NCBI GenBank assembly: GCA_963833985.1
Contig: CAWIAD010000002.1
Span: 5,568,001 to 5,632,000, forward strand
From: an uncultured Planctomycetaceae bacterium
Lineage (GTDB): Bacteria > Planctomycetota > Planctomycetia > Isosphaerales > Isosphaeraceae
Length of the DNA stretch: 64,000 nt
Reading direction: 5' to 3'
The notes below the pieces were generated by a model. It made no database searches. It had not been told where the DNA came from and saw only the letters and a program-made list of their open reading frames with translations. Positions 10,424-21,849 of the stretch are shown piece after piece. Made by a program: the position numbers and the translations under genes. Numbering within the stretch: position 1 is the first letter of the stretch; every line of letters starts with the position of its first letter.

Positions 10424-12187
10424 ATGTTGGTTCCCGTATCAATGTGGATACTGGCGGCGGCTCTGAGCCAGTCGCCTGGTCCTGCGGCGACGGACGCTGG
10501 GTGGATGAAAGCGGTGCCGGCCAGCATCGATGCGGCAGTTCGCGTGCGCGGCGTGGATGCCACGCACATGGATCTGGTGGCGATGCTCAGGGCCATCAGT
10601 CCCAGGCTGGCGCAACGAGCAGAGCCCGCCGTGAACGAGCATGTGACACAGTTCCGGCAGAAGTTTGGCGACGCGGCCGCGAAAACCCCCTGGGTCAGCC
10701 TGATCCGAGCCCCCGCTCCAGACGGCGACGGCCGCCCCTCTTTTGCCGTCCTGGTACTGAGTGATGACTATCTGGGCGTGCTCAAAACCCTCGGAGGCGG
10801 CAAGGAACCGGAGATCGAGCACACAGACGGTGGCTTCGATGCGTTCAAGAACGCGGGCGGCGACGAGATGAAGTACACCTTTAAGGGGCAAGGCTTTGTG
10901 GCATTCAGTCCCGACCAGGCGCTGATGGGGGCAATCGCCAGGCCTGGTGAGAAGACCCTGGACAAGGCTTTGAGCCCAGCTCTGGCCGAGCATTTCCTGG
11001 CTGGAGACGTCGGCATCTATGTGAACGCAAATGCACTGGTATCCCGATTCGGCGAGCAGATCGACCAGGCGCGGCAGGCCTTCATGAATGCCCTCGATCA
11101 GGCCGGCCAGCAGGCTGGAAACGCTGGTACCATGAACGCCGCCAAGGATCTCTACGGAACGCTCTTCGACTCGCTGAAAACCGCGGATGCGTTGACCATC
11201 AACATCGATGTTGCGGGTGAAGGTTTGAGCCTGGCGGGAGTCCTGGCCGTGAAACCCGACTCCTCCCTTGCCAGGTTCTGCAAGGAAGCCGTATCCGGGA
11301 CGGCTGCGGACCTGGCCGGGCTACCTCCGGATTCCTCGTTTTACGTCTACATGAATATGGATGCCAGCACAGCCAACCAGCTTCAGGGTATGGCCGCGGG
11401 GATGATGAATCCCGGTGGAAAGCCCACATCCGAGCAGACCAGGGCATTGGCCCTCTTTGATGGGTTGGGCCGGGTCGAGACGGCGGGGTGTCTCACGTTC
11501 GCTCACGGCCTGCGCGGGTTCAACGTGACGCGGGTCGCCGACACCAGGAAATACCTCGCCGCCTGCCAGGCAAACATCCAGGCTCTGAAGGGAGGCGACG
11601 GCCCGTCCGCTCTCTACAAGGATGTCAAGGTCGAATCAGACGCCGAGCACTACCAGGGTGTGTCCTTGAGCCACATCATCGCCACGCTCGATCTCGACAG
11701 GTTCGCTCAGCTTAATCCCAAAAATCCGACGGCAGTCGCGATGATGAAGTCCATGTTCCCTGGCGAGACCATGAACAGCTGGCTTGGCTCCGATGGCAAA
11801 AGCGTGTATCAGGTCACTGCCCCGACCTGGGAAGACGCCCGGGCGCAGATCGACACGTTTCTGAGGGGAAACGCAGGCGTGGGGAGCGTTCCCGGCTTCA
11901 AGAGCGTACGCGCTCACTTGCCAGCTCAAGCAAACCTGGTGATGCTGCTGAGTGCTCAGGGTCTGGTGCGGTCGTTCGCGTCGCAATTCTCCGCGATGAT
12001 CAACAAGCCGGAGCCGAAAGCTCCTGAGAAGCTTCCCGGAGAGCCCGCATTCATCGGTGTGTCTCTGACGCCCAGGCCACCCTCGGGATTCGAGTTCCAC
12101 CTGGTTGTCCCCAGCACCGTCGGGCCGATCCTCGAGCAAGGGCTGGTGCCGGTGTTCCAGTCAGTCACTCCGCCGAATCAGCCTTGA
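10424..12187 (+). CDS. Hypothetical exported protein
   Basis: 587-aa ORF with host-like codon usage and a signal-peptide-like start (MLVPVSMWILAAALSQ). Confidence 0.8.
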   Translation: MLVPVSMWILAAALSQSPGPAATDAGWMKAVPASIDAAVRVRGVDATHMDLVAMLRAISPRLAQRAEPAVNEHVTQFRQKFGDAAAKTPWVSLIRAPAPDGDGRPSFAVLVLSDDYLGVLKTLGGGKEPEIEHTDGGFDAFKNAGGDEMKYTFKGQGFVAFSPDQALMGAIARPGEKTLDKALSPALAEHFLAGDVGIYVNANALVSRFGEQIDQARQAFMNALDQAGQQAGNAGTMNAAKDLYGTLFDSLKTADALTINIDVAGEGLSLAGVLAVKPDSSLARFCKEAVSGTAADLAGLPPDSSFYVYMNMDASTANQLQGMAAGMMNPGGKPTSEQTRALALFDGLGRVETAGCLTFAHGLRGFNVTRVADTRKYLAACQANIQALKGGDGPSALYKDVKVESDAEHYQGVSLSHIIATLDLDRFAQLNPKNPTAVAMMKSMFPGETMNSWLGSDGKSVYQVTAPTWEDARAQIDTFLRGNAGVGSVPGFKSVRAHLPAQANLVMLLSAQGLVRSFASQFSAMINKPEPKAPEKLPGEPAFIGVSLTPRPPSGFEFHLVVPSTVGPILEQGLVPVFQSVTPPNQP

Positions 12188-12357
12188 CGTTGCCCGCCCG
12201 AGGAACACGATGATGGCGGCGGAGTCGGTACCGTATGATGGAGGACCGATCTCCGCCGCGTTTCACTCGTGTGAGTGTGGCATTCGTATTCTGCCCTGAG
12301 CCGGCAAGAACTTTGCCATAACGTTGGCTTCTCGCAATCCCGCTGGAGTTCCGGCTC

Positions 12358-14253
12358 ATGGAATACTCAACCTGGTCTCGTCGGATTGCCGACCTGGCCG
12401 GGGCTGTGTCGCGTCTGGAGGCCACGGCCACCCCCCTGGGCGTCCCGGCGCCCGCTTCCGCTGCCTGGCACGCCAACCTGTTCCAGAAGCTGGTGCCGCA
12501 GGTGACCGGCGCACCTTACCTCATCGTGGCCGTGGCGGGCGGAACGAACATCGGCAAGAGCACCATGTTCAACCACCTGGTCGGCTTTGCCGCCAGCCGG
12601 GTGCATCCGGACGCCACCCAGACGCGCCATCCGGTTTGTCTCTTGCCTCAGGCTTTTTCTCAAAGCCACGAGCTGGCCCGGGTGTTTCCCGGTTTCGAGC
12701 TCCAGTCGTGGACCTCGGAAGACGACGCGGTCGCCGACGGGCCGTCGAACCGGCTGATCCATCGTGCGGACCCCACCGGGCTCCAGCCTCCGAACCTGGT
12801 GCTCCTGGACACTCCCGACGTGGACGGGGCGATTCCGGTGAACTGGGACCGTGCCCGGCTGATCAGCCATGCCGCCGACGTGCTGGTGGCCGTGCTGACC
12901 CAGCAGAAGTTCAACGACGCCGCGGTCCGCCGCTTCTTCCGCGAGGCCGCGGAGGCCGACAAGACCATCCTGGTGGTCTTCAACATGGTGGAATGGCCCG
13001 AGGACCGCGAGCACTGCCTGCGCTGGCTCGACACCTTTTGCAAGGGGACCGGCGCGACTCCCGCCCACGTGTATGCCGTGCCCCGCGACCGTGCCGCGGC
13101 GCGCGCGAACCGCCTAACGTTTCACGCGCTATCCCCCGGCGCGACCGAGCCCCGGCGCGACCTGGCGGAGCTGCGCTTCACCGAGATCAAGGTGCGTTCG
13201 CTGCATGGTGCGCTGCGGCAGATGCTCGCGCCGCGCGAGGGGCTGCCCGCATACCTGGAAGAGCTGCATGCCCGGGCCGTCGAGAACCGTGAGGCCCGGA
13301 CGATCATTCACGACACGGTCCAGCTCAAGCTTGAAGCACCCGCCCTGCCCGGCCACGTGGTGACGGATGAGATCTGGCGCTGGCTGGAACCGCGGCGCAC
13401 CCGGTTTGACAGGACCGTCCACAAGTTCTACGGCAAGCTGGGCGGGGCGATCATGAAGCTGCTGCCGGGGCGCCGTGATCCGCTCCGTGATGAGGCCGAG
13501 TACGTCCAGGCCGAAGAGGAGCTGCTCACCCGGGCCCTGGAGGAGATCTACGCCAAGCTGGAACTCGTTGGCAGGGCTGCAAAGCCGGTTCTGCAAAAGG
13601 AGCTCGAGCCGGTGCTCTCGGGGACCGAGCGGCAGCGGGCCTTCACCGAGCTGCAAAGCCGGCTCGCGGCCACGCCCTTGCTGACCGACGACTACCGGCG
13701 GGCCATTGGCGGTGAGCTGGAGCGATTCGAGACCGAGCATCCCCGGATGATGCGGGCCATCGAGTGGGGCCTCATCGCCACGGCCGTGATCCGCCCGGCC
13801 ATCTCCATCGGCATGTTCGGCGGCGCCGAGCTGCTCACCCACACGGCGCTGCACGTCGGCTCTCATTCGGTGGTTCAGATTGCCATCGACGTCGCCGCGG
13901 GCGCGGCTGGTGCGGCTGGCGGTGAGGGTGCCATCGCGGGCTTGGCGGCGCCGGCCCGGAAACTGATCGCCGACCTCTTCGCCGAGTTTTACAAGGAGCG
14001 GGCGTCACTGCTTGCCCGCGTGATCCACGACTGTGTTTTGGGCCGGCACCTGGAACGCATCGACCGGCTCGCCGAGCTTGGCGAAAGCGAGGACTACCGC
14101 GCCTCGGTGCGCCTCGTCGGCGACCTCTCGCGGCAGCTTGCCGCGCTGGGCACGTTGCCGCCGGGTCGCGCGGAACACGACGCTCCGGTCTCGGCCTCGG
14201 CACCCGCGCTGACATCGCGGTCAGGAGAGAAGAAAGAGGCATCCCTTGGTTGA
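12358..14253 (+). CDS. Dynamin-like/Era-like P-loop GTPase with C-terminal hydrophobic segment
   Basis: G1 GGTNIGKS, G3-like DTPDVD, helical body, Gly/Ala-rich hydrophobic stretch near the C-terminus. Confidence 0.8.
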   Translation: MEYSTWSRRIADLAGAVSRLEATATPLGVPAPASAAWHANLFQKLVPQVTGAPYLIVAVAGGTNIGKSTMFNHLVGFAASRVHPDATQTRHPVCLLPQAFSQSHELARVFPGFELQSWTSEDDAVADGPSNRLIHRADPTGLQPPNLVLLDTPDVDGAIPVNWDRARLISHAADVLVAVLTQQKFNDAAVRRFFREAAEADKTILVVFNMVEWPEDREHCLRWLDTFCKGTGATPAHVYAVPRDRAAARANRLTFHALSPGATEPRRDLAELRFTEIKVRSLHGALRQMLAPREGLPAYLEELHARAVENREARTIIHDTVQLKLEAPALPGHVVTDEIWRWLEPRRTRFDRTVHKFYGKLGGAIMKLLPGRRDPLRDEAEYVQAEEELLTRALEEIYAKLELVGRAAKPVLQKELEPVLSGTERQRAFTELQSRLAATPLLTDDYRRAIGGELERFETEHPRMMRAIEWGLIATAVIRPAISIGMFGGAELLTHTALHVGSHSVVQIAIDVAAGAAGAAGGEGAIAGLAAPARKLIADLFAEFYKERASLLARVIHDCVLGRHLERIDRLAELGESEDYRASVRLVGDLSRQLAALGTLPPGRAEHDAPVSASAPALTSRSGEKKEASLG

Positions 14254-16114
14254 TCGCTGGACGGCCCCCGACTGGGAACGCGAGCACCTGCTGGCCGGCT
14301 TCGAGCGTTTCCATGCGCGGCTGCTCGCCTGGGCGCAGTCCGCCCCGCTCTGGCCGCCCTTCACCGCGGCCGGAAGCCTGATCTCGCGCCTTGAACCTCG
14401 ACTGCAAGTCCCCGAGATCGACCTCGACCGGGCGCTGGTGATCGGCTTCCTGGGTGGTTCCGGCACGGGCAAGAGCACGCTCTACAATGCCCTGTTGGGC
14501 CGGCCGGTGAGCCGGGCCGGCAAGGAATTCCGGCCCATGACCCGCCGGGCCATCGTCGCCTGCCATCCCGATGTGGATCCCTCGTTTCTGGGGCTCGAGA
14601 GCGACCTCGTCGAGGTCCATCGCCTGAAGATCCCGCTGCTCGAACAGATGATCCTCATCGACTGCCCGGACCCCGACACCCAGGATCCCGAAGACGGTGC
14701 CGGCGGCCAGCGCCATCTCGACATCCTCCGCATCGTGCTGCCCCACTGCGACGTGATCGTGCACACCATCACCGCGCAGAAATACAAGTCGTACGTGGTT
14801 GGCCAGGAGCTGCTCAAGAACGCGCCGGGACGGCAGATCCTCTACGTCCAGACACATGCCGCAATCGACCCCGACAACCGGGCCGACCTGCGGAGATACC
14901 TGGACGACCTCGGTCTGCGCGTTCCCCAGGTTTTCCGCTTCGACGCGGTTGAGGCGCTCGCCCACGAGATGCTCGGAGAGCCCGTGGACGGCGATTTCAG
15001 ACGGTTCCGCGATTTGCTGGAGCACGAGCTGGCAAGCCGGGCGCGGCACCGCATCCGCCGGGCCAACCTGCTCGGGCTCTACCAGTGGCTGCTCGGCACG
15101 ATCCGCGCACCGATGGACCTCCGGCTGGAGGACGTGGCCAGGCTAGAGCAAGCCATGGAGCACGAGCGTTCGGCGCTCTTGACGAAGGTCCGCGCCCGGC
15201 TCGCCGAGCGGATCGGGGCCAACCGGAGGCTCTGGCGGTCACGCGCGCTGAAGCAGTTGACCCAGACCTGGGGCGCCGGGCCGCTGGCCGGCCTGCTCGG
15301 GCTCTGGTCGGCCTGTGGCAGCGTGGTCCGCTCGCTCATCCTCCTGCGGGCCCGCACGCCCACCCAGGCGCTGCTCGCCGGCGGCCTGGCCCTGACGCAG
15401 CTTGCCGGCGAGAAGTGGCGCGAGCATCAGGCGGCAACGGCCTGGGCCGCCGAGGCCGACCTGGGGTTGACCGAGGCTGACCTGGCCCGGGCGCGCAGCG
15501 TGCTCCGCGGCCATCTGGCGGACGCCGAGATCGAGCTGGCCACGGCCACGGCCTCATCCGTGGGCCAGTCATCCGGCGACCTGTCGGCAGAGCAACTGGG
15601 AGCCGTCGCCCTGCAAATCTACCAGAAGCTGGATACCGACATTGCCGACGTGATCGAGCGGAGAGTGGCTCGCCGCGCCGGCCGGCTGGTTCACCTGTCT
15701 TTTGAGATGGCATTCTGTGCCCTGCCGGCCTATCTCGTGTTCCACATGGGCCGCAACTTCTTCTATGAACATCTCTGGAACAACGCTCCTCTTCTGGGGC
15801 TCGACTTCTTCTTCCAGGCGGCCTTCTGGTGCCTGCTCTGGGGCGTGGCTCTGAGCGCCCTGCTGCTGAGCTGGCTCAGCCGCGGGCTGGAACGGCAACT
15901 CAACGACGTGGTCGTCCGTCTTTCGCCCGAGCATCTCTTCGACGCACTCTATGCGGACTCCGCCGCGGCCTGCCAGGCCATCCGTCGCCACGCCAGCGCC
16001 CTGGCCGTCCTGGAACGCGAGCTCAAGCAACTGGAAGACCAGGTTGGCGGCGTGCTCGACCTGGGACTGGGAGCCATGCGGGTCAGCTCAGGGGAGCCTC
16101 AGGCAACTCCATGA
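14246..16114 (+). CDS. Second dynamin-like GTPase with TM segments
   Basis: G1 GGSGTGKS, DCPDPD, two strongly hydrophobic C-terminal helices; overlaps the upstream gene. Confidence 0.8.
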   Translation: MVDRWTAPDWEREHLLAGFERFHARLLAWAQSAPLWPPFTAAGSLISRLEPRLQVPEIDLDRALVIGFLGGSGTGKSTLYNALLGRPVSRAGKEFRPMTRRAIVACHPDVDPSFLGLESDLVEVHRLKIPLLEQMILIDCPDPDTQDPEDGAGGQRHLDILRIVLPHCDVIVHTITAQKYKSYVVGQELLKNAPGRQILYVQTHAAIDPDNRADLRRYLDDLGLRVPQVFRFDAVEALAHEMLGEPVDGDFRRFRDLLEHELASRARHRIRRANLLGLYQWLLGTIRAPMDLRLEDVARLEQAMEHERSALLTKVRARLAERIGANRRLWRSRALKQLTQTWGAGPLAGLLGLWSACGSVVRSLILLRARTPTQALLAGGLALTQLAGEKWREHQAATAWAAEADLGLTEADLARARSVLRGHLADAEIELATATASSVGQSSGDLSAEQLGAVALQIYQKLDTDIADVIERRVARRAGRLVHLSFEMAFCALPAYLVFHMGRNFFYEHLWNNAPLLGLDFFFQAAFWCLLWGVALSALLLSWLSRGLERQLNDVVVRLSPEHLFDALYADSAAACQAIRRHASALAVLERELKQLEDQVGGVLDLGLGAMRVSSGEPQATP

Positions 16115-16142
16115 ACGAGTGATCAGAAAAAGGAGCCATTTC

Positions 16143-18007
16143 ATGAAAAGCAACCAGGATTCAAGACGATCCGGCCTGGTGGGACACGTGCTCCCGTATG
16201 GTCTCGTCATCCTGACATTGTTGGCGGCCGCCGGACTGGCACGAGCCGACGCCACCATCGGCCAGATGACAAGCTGGCCGATCGTGATCGCGGCGGGCGC
16301 TGCGCCGCGGAGCGGCATGCGGCCAGCGAGTTCCGCGACCTCGTGGCACAAGCAACCGGCAAGCGAATGGAAATTATCACCGCGAGCGAACCGCGAGACT
16401 CCGGGGTTTTCGTGGGCAAGGCATCACGCTGCGCAACCGGGGATCTCGGTGAGGAGGCGTTCCGCATCGCGGTCGATGAGCGCCGCATCGACATTGCCGG
16501 AGGCACGCCGCGGGGAACGCTCTACGGTGTGTACTCGTTCCTGGAAGATTCACTCGGCGTGCGCTTCCTCACACCCGATCACACGCATGTTCCCCGGGTT
16601 GATGCCGGTCTGGCACTCAAGACGGGTGAGCGCAGCTTCCGGCCCCGGTTCTCGTGGAGATACTCGTACTACGGCATGAACTCAGCGCACCCCGAGTTCG
16701 CGGCCCGGCTCCGCAACAACGCGGTCACCAACCGCGCGGAGCTGGGCGGCCGATCGAGCTGGTCGCTCATCTCGCACAGCGTCGACCATTACGTTCCCGT
16801 GGCAAAGTACGGCAAGGACCATCCCGATTACTTCAGCCTGGTGAACGGCAAGCGGCGTAGCTTCATGCATGACGACCATTTCGAGGCGGGAGGCACGCAG
16901 CCATGCTTCACCAACCCCGACGTCAAGGCCCTGATGATCCGGGGCGTACTTGACCGGCTGGCGCACACGGGGCAAACCGCGGGCAACATCGCCATCAGTC
17001 AGAACGATAACACGATGTACTGCCGTTGTGACGGCTGCCGGGCCATCGACGAGCGTGAAGAGTCGCACATGGGCGCCCTGCTGACGCTGATCAACGAGGC
17101 TGCCGACGCCGTGGCGAAGGAGCGCCCGGGCGTCTTCGTGGGCACACTCGCCTACCAGTTTTCGCGCACGCCTCCGCGGTCGCTGCGGCCGCACCCCAAC
17201 GTGGCCATTCAGCTTTGCAGCATCGAGGCGTGCCAGATCCACCCCCTGAACGACCCTTCCTGCCCCAGAAACGTCGCGTTCTGCAAGGACCTGGAAGGGT
17301 GGTGCAAAATCTGCAACCATGTCTACGTCTGGAACTACAACACCAACTTCACTTGCTACAACGCCCCCTGCCCCAACATGGACATCATCGGGCCCAACGT
17401 CCGCTTCCTCGCGGCCCACGGAGTCAACGGCGTATTCATGCAAGCGGCTGGCAACGCTCAGAACACCGAACTCTGCGAGCTGCGAAATTACCTCATCTCA
17501 CGGCTCCTCTGGGACCCGACCCTCGACGACCGCAAGCTGATTGACGAGTTCGTCACGCTCCATTACGGACGGGCGGCTGACAAGGTGCGCGCCTATCTGG
17601 CTCTCATCGGCGACACCGCCCGGCGCTCGGGCATCCACCAGAACTGCTTCGGCACCGCGGCCAGCTACGGAATGGACGCCGCGACCGCCCGCAAGGGACT
17701 GGCCATGCTGGAAGAGGGCATGGCCCTGGCAGACACCGACGATGTCAAGCGGCGGGTCGAGAAGGTCTCGATCGCACCCCGCACGGTCCTGATCGAGCCG
17801 TTCGCGCGGTGGGTACGCAACCATCAGCAGGAGGTCAGGTCAACGGCCGGCGCCAGGGCCCCGGCCGAGGCGTACTCGGGAATCGAGAACGAGCTGCGCA
17901 CGGTCTTCCGGCTTTACGACCGGCACGGCGTTGACCGTTTCGCGGAGTGGATTCCCATGCCACAAGCAAAGGCGGCGCTCCCCGCGGGGCTGCTCGCGGG
18001 GAGCTGA
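16143..18007 (+). CDS. DUF4838-type exported glycoside-hydrolase-like protein (frameshift near 16308)
   Basis: Signal peptide in one frame (LVILTLLAAAGLARA), then ERHAASEFRDLVAQATG, GGTPRGTLYGVYSFLE, HPDYFSLVNGKR, QPCFTNPDV, CRCDGC, YLISRLLWDP. Confidence 0.8.
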
Positions 18008-18014
18008 GCGGCCC

Positions 18015-18846
18015 TCAGCCCTCGTCGTATGCCTTGATCCGCCGCACCCAGATGTTGCGGAACCGCACCGGGCTGCCGTGATCCTGCAAGAGGATCGGCC
18101 CCTTGGGACCGTGCGGCCGGTAATGCGGCAGCGCACGATACGACATGGGCCCGATCACGGCCGCGTGGTTATGCACCACGACCCCGTTGTGCAGCACCGT
18201 GGCGTACGCGGGTGTGTCAAGTGCGCCGTCTTCCTTGAATTTCGGGGCGGTGAAGAGGATGTCGTAACTTTGCCACTGGCCGGGCGGGCGTGAGGCGTTT
18301 ACCAGGGGCGGGTACTGCCCGTAGATCGCCGCGGCGTGGCCGTCGGCATAGGTCAGGTTGTTGTAGCAGTCGAGAACCTGGATCTCGTAGCGGCCGAAGA
18401 ACATGACGCCACTGTTGCCGCGGCCCTGGTCCTCGCTCACGGGAGGAACGGGGCTCGCGAATTCAAGGTGGAGCTGGCAGTCACCGAACTCGTCCTGGCT
18501 CACGATCGCCCCGGTGTGCGGGCGGATGACGATTGCACCGTCCTCGATGTTCCAGCGCCGGCCCGCCGCGCTCACCCCGCCAGTGAGACAGGTCCTTGCC
18601 GTCGAACAGCACGACGGCGTCGGAGGGGGCCTTGCCCACGGTCTCCTGCGTGCTACAGGTTCCCGGCGTGATCACCGGCGGCATGGGCCGGTCGCTGTCG
18701 TGCACGTGCCAGCGGTTGCCCGGCAGCATCGGCGTGTCCTTGAAGCCGTGCTTCGGCCGGGCCTGGTCCTGGCCCGAGGCGCCTGTTAACAGCAACATCA
18801 GCGTGACGGACGCCGTGGCGAGTACGATTCGCAGTGAAGTGAACAT
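18015..18846 (-). CDS. DUF1080 (3-keto-disaccharide hydrolase-like) protein (frameshift near 18555)
   Basis: Signal peptide, APSDAVVLFDGKDLSHW, then in the next frame FGDCQLHLEF, GNSGV, YEIQVLD, WQSYDI, LLQDHGSPVRFRNIWV. Confidence 0.88.
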
Positions 18847-18932
18847 ACAAGTCTCTTTCCAGTAGGCGGGCCGCGGCACGCCCGGCTCTCGCGGGGACGC
18901 TGCCGGCAGCCCGAGTTCTCGAGGTCCAGTGA

Positions 18933-20132
18933 CTACGCTTTGCCTGTCTCTTCCCGGTGGTTCAGAAGTTCCTGGATATGCGGCGCGAAGAGCCGCGGTT
19001 CCAGCAGGAATGCGTCGTGTCCCTTGTCCGAGTGCACCGTGATCCACATGACCGGTACTCGTGCCCGCTTCAGCAGGGTTACCAGCTTGGCCTGCTCCTG
19101 CGGTGGAAACGAAAGATCCGAATCGATGCTGAAGACCAGGAACTCCTGGTGCCGGCAGCGCTGGAACAGGTCCTTGAAGTCCCGGGCGCCGGCCTCGGCC
19201 ACCAGGTCGAACCACTGCCAGGCGTCGAGGATCCTCAGGTAAGTGTTGGCGTCGAAGCGGCGGACGAACTTCTCTCCCTGGTGCAGCATGTACGATTCCA
19301 CGGGATGGTTCATCTCGTACCAGCCGTAGGGAGGCTTCTGGCTGACGATCTCGGTGCGGGCCCGCTCGCGCAGCGTGTCCAGCGACACAAACGTCTTGTG
19401 GGCGATCCGCCGCGCCAGGGCCAGGCCCAGATGGGGCGGCGACCCGTCGTAGTAATCGCCCCCGCGGAAGTTCGGGTCGGCCTCGATGGCGGCCACCTGC
19501 TCGAAGTTGATGATCCGCTGGTAGATCGTCGTCTCCACGCCCGTGCCGATGGGCAGCACGATCCGCACCCGGTCCGGGTAACGCGTGGCCATCAGCAAGC
19601 TCAGAAACCCGCCGATCGAGGCCCCCACCGTCGCGTGTACCTGGCGCACGCCCAGATGATCGAGCAGCTTGATCTGTGAATCAACGATGTCGCTCATCCG
19701 CAGGACGGGAAACGAAGGGCCCCAGTAGGTGCCCGTCTCCGGGTGGGTCGACGCCGGACCCGTTGATCCGTAACAGCCTCCCAGGTAATTCGCGCAGATC
19801 ACGCAGAACTTGCGTGTATCAAGCGCCTTGCCCGGCCCGATGAAGCCGTTCCACCAGCCCTCGTGCACTTCTTCGGTCCAGCGGCCGTCCAGCTCCGCCA
19901 CCCTGGTATTGACGCCGGCCGCGTGCTGGTTGCCGGTCATCGCGTGGAAGAGCAGGATCACGTTCGAACGCTCGGCGTTCATCCGGCCGTACATCTCGTA
20001 GGCCAGCGTGAACCGGTCCAGTGGCTGGCCCACGCGCAGCACGAGCGGCTTGTCAGGGTCGTGGTACTCGAAGAACCGCGTGCGAGTTTTGGCAATGGAG
20101 TGAGTCATGAACGGCGAGTCGGTCGTGGCCAT
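18933..20132 (-). CDS. metX: Homoserine O-acetyltransferase
   Basis: HAMTG, WWNGFIGPG, NYLGGCYGSTGP, nucleophile GASIGG, RFDANTY, GHDAFLLE; downstream of metY. Confidence 0.93.
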   Translation of the reverse strand: MATTDSPFMTHSIAKTRTRFFEYHDPDKPLVLRVGQPLDRFTLAYEMYGRMNAERSNVILLFHAMTGNQHAAGVNTRVAELDGRWTEEVHEGWWNGFIGPGKALDTRKFCVICANYLGGCYGSTGPASTHPETGTYWGPSFPVLRMSDIVDSQIKLLDHLGVRQVHATVGASIGGFLSLLMATRYPDRVRIVLPIGTGVETTIYQRIINFEQVAAIEADPNFRGGDYYDGSPPHLGLALARRIAHKTFVSLDTLRERARTEIVSQKPPYGWYEMNHPVESYMLHQGEKFVRRFDANTYLRILDAWQWFDLVAEAGARDFKDLFQRCRHQEFLVFSIDSDLSFPPQEQAKLVTLLKRARVPVMWITVHSDKGHDAFLLEPRLFAPHIQELLNHREETGKA

Positions 20133-20195
20133 CGTTCCGTGGGAACCAGCATGTGGCAGGAATGACACCTCCACCCTCCGGCTGAGCTGGAGATC

Positions 20196-21482
20196 TCAGG
20201 CCGTGGTGCAGAGAGCCTGGTCCAGGTCGGCAAGAATATCGTCGATATGCTCGATGCCGACGCTCAGGCGAACCAGCTCGGGTGCAATACCGGCCTCGCG
20301 CTGCTGCCGCTCGTCGAGCTGCGAGTGGGTGGTCGTCGCGGGGTGAATCGCCAGGCTCTTGGCATCGCCCACGTTGGCCAGGTGCGAGAACAGCCGCAGC
20401 GCCTCGATGAAGCGGGGGCCTGTCTCGCTGCCTCCCTTGATGCCAAAGACCACCATCGACCCACCCTTGCCGCGCAGGTACTTGCGGTTGAGCGCGAACA
20501 TGGGGTCGTCTTCCAGGCCTGGGTAGCGCACCCACTCCACCCTGGGGTGCCCCTTGAGGAAGCCGGCGACGGCCCGGGCATTCTCGCAGTGCCGCTCCAT
20601 CCTCAGGGGCAGCGTCTCGATTCCCTGGAGAAACATCCAGGCGTTGTCGGGAGAGATGCAGGCGCCCAGGTTGCGCAGGGGCACCGTGCGCATCCGCAGG
20701 ATGAACGCCAGCGGGCGTAAGGGGTCGGGCAGGTCCATCCCCCAGCGCAGGCCGTGGTAGCTGGTGTCGGCCGTGGTGTAAAGCGGATGCTTGCCGGCCG
20801 CCCAGGGGAACTTGCCGCTGTCGACGACGATGCCGCCAATGCCCGTGCCATGCCCGCCGAACCACTTCGTCAGCGAGTGCACCACGATGTCCGCGCCGTG
20901 CTGCAACGGCTGCGTGAGATACGGCGTGGAGAACGTGGCATCGACGATCAGGGGAAGGCCGTGATCGTGAGCCACCCGGGCGACCGCCTCCAGATCGGTG
21001 ATCTCCAGCGCGGGGTTGGAAACCGTCTCGCAGAACAGGGCTCGGGTCTTCTCGTCAATCGCGGCCGCGAAGTTCTGAGGGTTGTTGGAATCGACGAACT
21101 TGGTGGTGATGCCCAGCCCCGGCAGGATGTCGTGGAACTGCGTGTAGGTGCCGCCATACAGGTTGCGGGCGGACACGATATTGTCGCCGGCCTGCGCGAC
21201 ATTGATGACCGCGTAGAAGACCCCGCTGGTCCCCGAAGCCACGCCCAGGCCGCCCAGCTCGGGAGCTCCCTCCAGCAGGGCCACGCGCTTCTCCAGCACG
21301 TCTGTCGTGGGGTTCATGAGCCGGGTGTAGATGTTCCCCAGCTCGCGCAGGGCGAACAGGTTGGCCGCGTGCTCGGCGTTCTTGAACACGTACGAGCTGG
21401 TGCGATAAATCGGCACGCCGCGGGACAGGGTGGTCGGGTCCGGCTGCGTGCCGCCGTGCAGGCAAAGGGTCTCGAGCTTCAT
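20196..21482 (-). CDS. metY: O-acetylhomoserine aminocarboxypropyltransferase (sulfhydrylase)
   Basis: GNIYTRLMNPT, PLP lysine motif HSLTKWFGGHG, HLANVGDAKSLAIHPATTTHSQL, RLSVGIEH. Confidence 0.95.
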   Translation of the reverse strand: MKLETLCLHGGTQPDPTTLSRGVPIYRTSSYVFKNAEHAANLFALRELGNIYTRLMNPTTDVLEKRVALLEGAPELGGLGVASGTSGVFYAVINVAQAGDNIVSARNLYGGTYTQFHDILPGLGITTKFVDSNNPQNFAAAIDEKTRALFCETVSNPALEITDLEAVARVAHDHGLPLIVDATFSTPYLTQPLQHGADIVVHSLTKWFGGHGTGIGGIVVDSGKFPWAAGKHPLYTTADTSYHGLRWGMDLPDPLRPLAFILRMRTVPLRNLGACISPDNAWMFLQGIETLPLRMERHCENARAVAGFLKGHPRVEWVRYPGLEDDPMFALNRKYLRGKGGSMVVFGIKGGSETGPRFIEALRLFSHLANVGDAKSLAIHPATTTHSQLDERQQREAGIAPELVRLSVGIEHIDDILADLDQALCTTA

Positions 21483-21849
21483 GATGGCGCCGTCGTTTCC
21501 ACAGGAGAGGAATGGCATCCCGGGTGGGACAATCGGGGTCAGCGGACCCATCAACCTCGCGATGCATGAATTAAAACCGAGAATTCCCCGCGATGCCAGT
21601 GAGAACCGGCACACCGCGCCTGTCACCGGCCTCGGCATGATGCAAGCCGGTCCGTCGGGCCGGCCGGAGCGCAGGCCATCCGGGAAGGCTCGCCCATCCG
21701 GCCCTGGGATAGGAATTGACCTCCGGGCCGGAGATTCTCAACGTAAGCTCAATTTCTTCAAGGGCTTTCGGCGTAAAGCGACACTCGATTCCCCCGCGGG
21801 GCCAGATTTTTCTTGGACATCGACCGCGATCTGCTCACTAGTGACTGTC

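Noticed and set aside
21483..21700. SAM riboswitch upstream of metY-metX
   Set aside because: I could not find SAM-I/II consensus elements on the minus strand by eye. An Infernal/Rfam scan would settle it.
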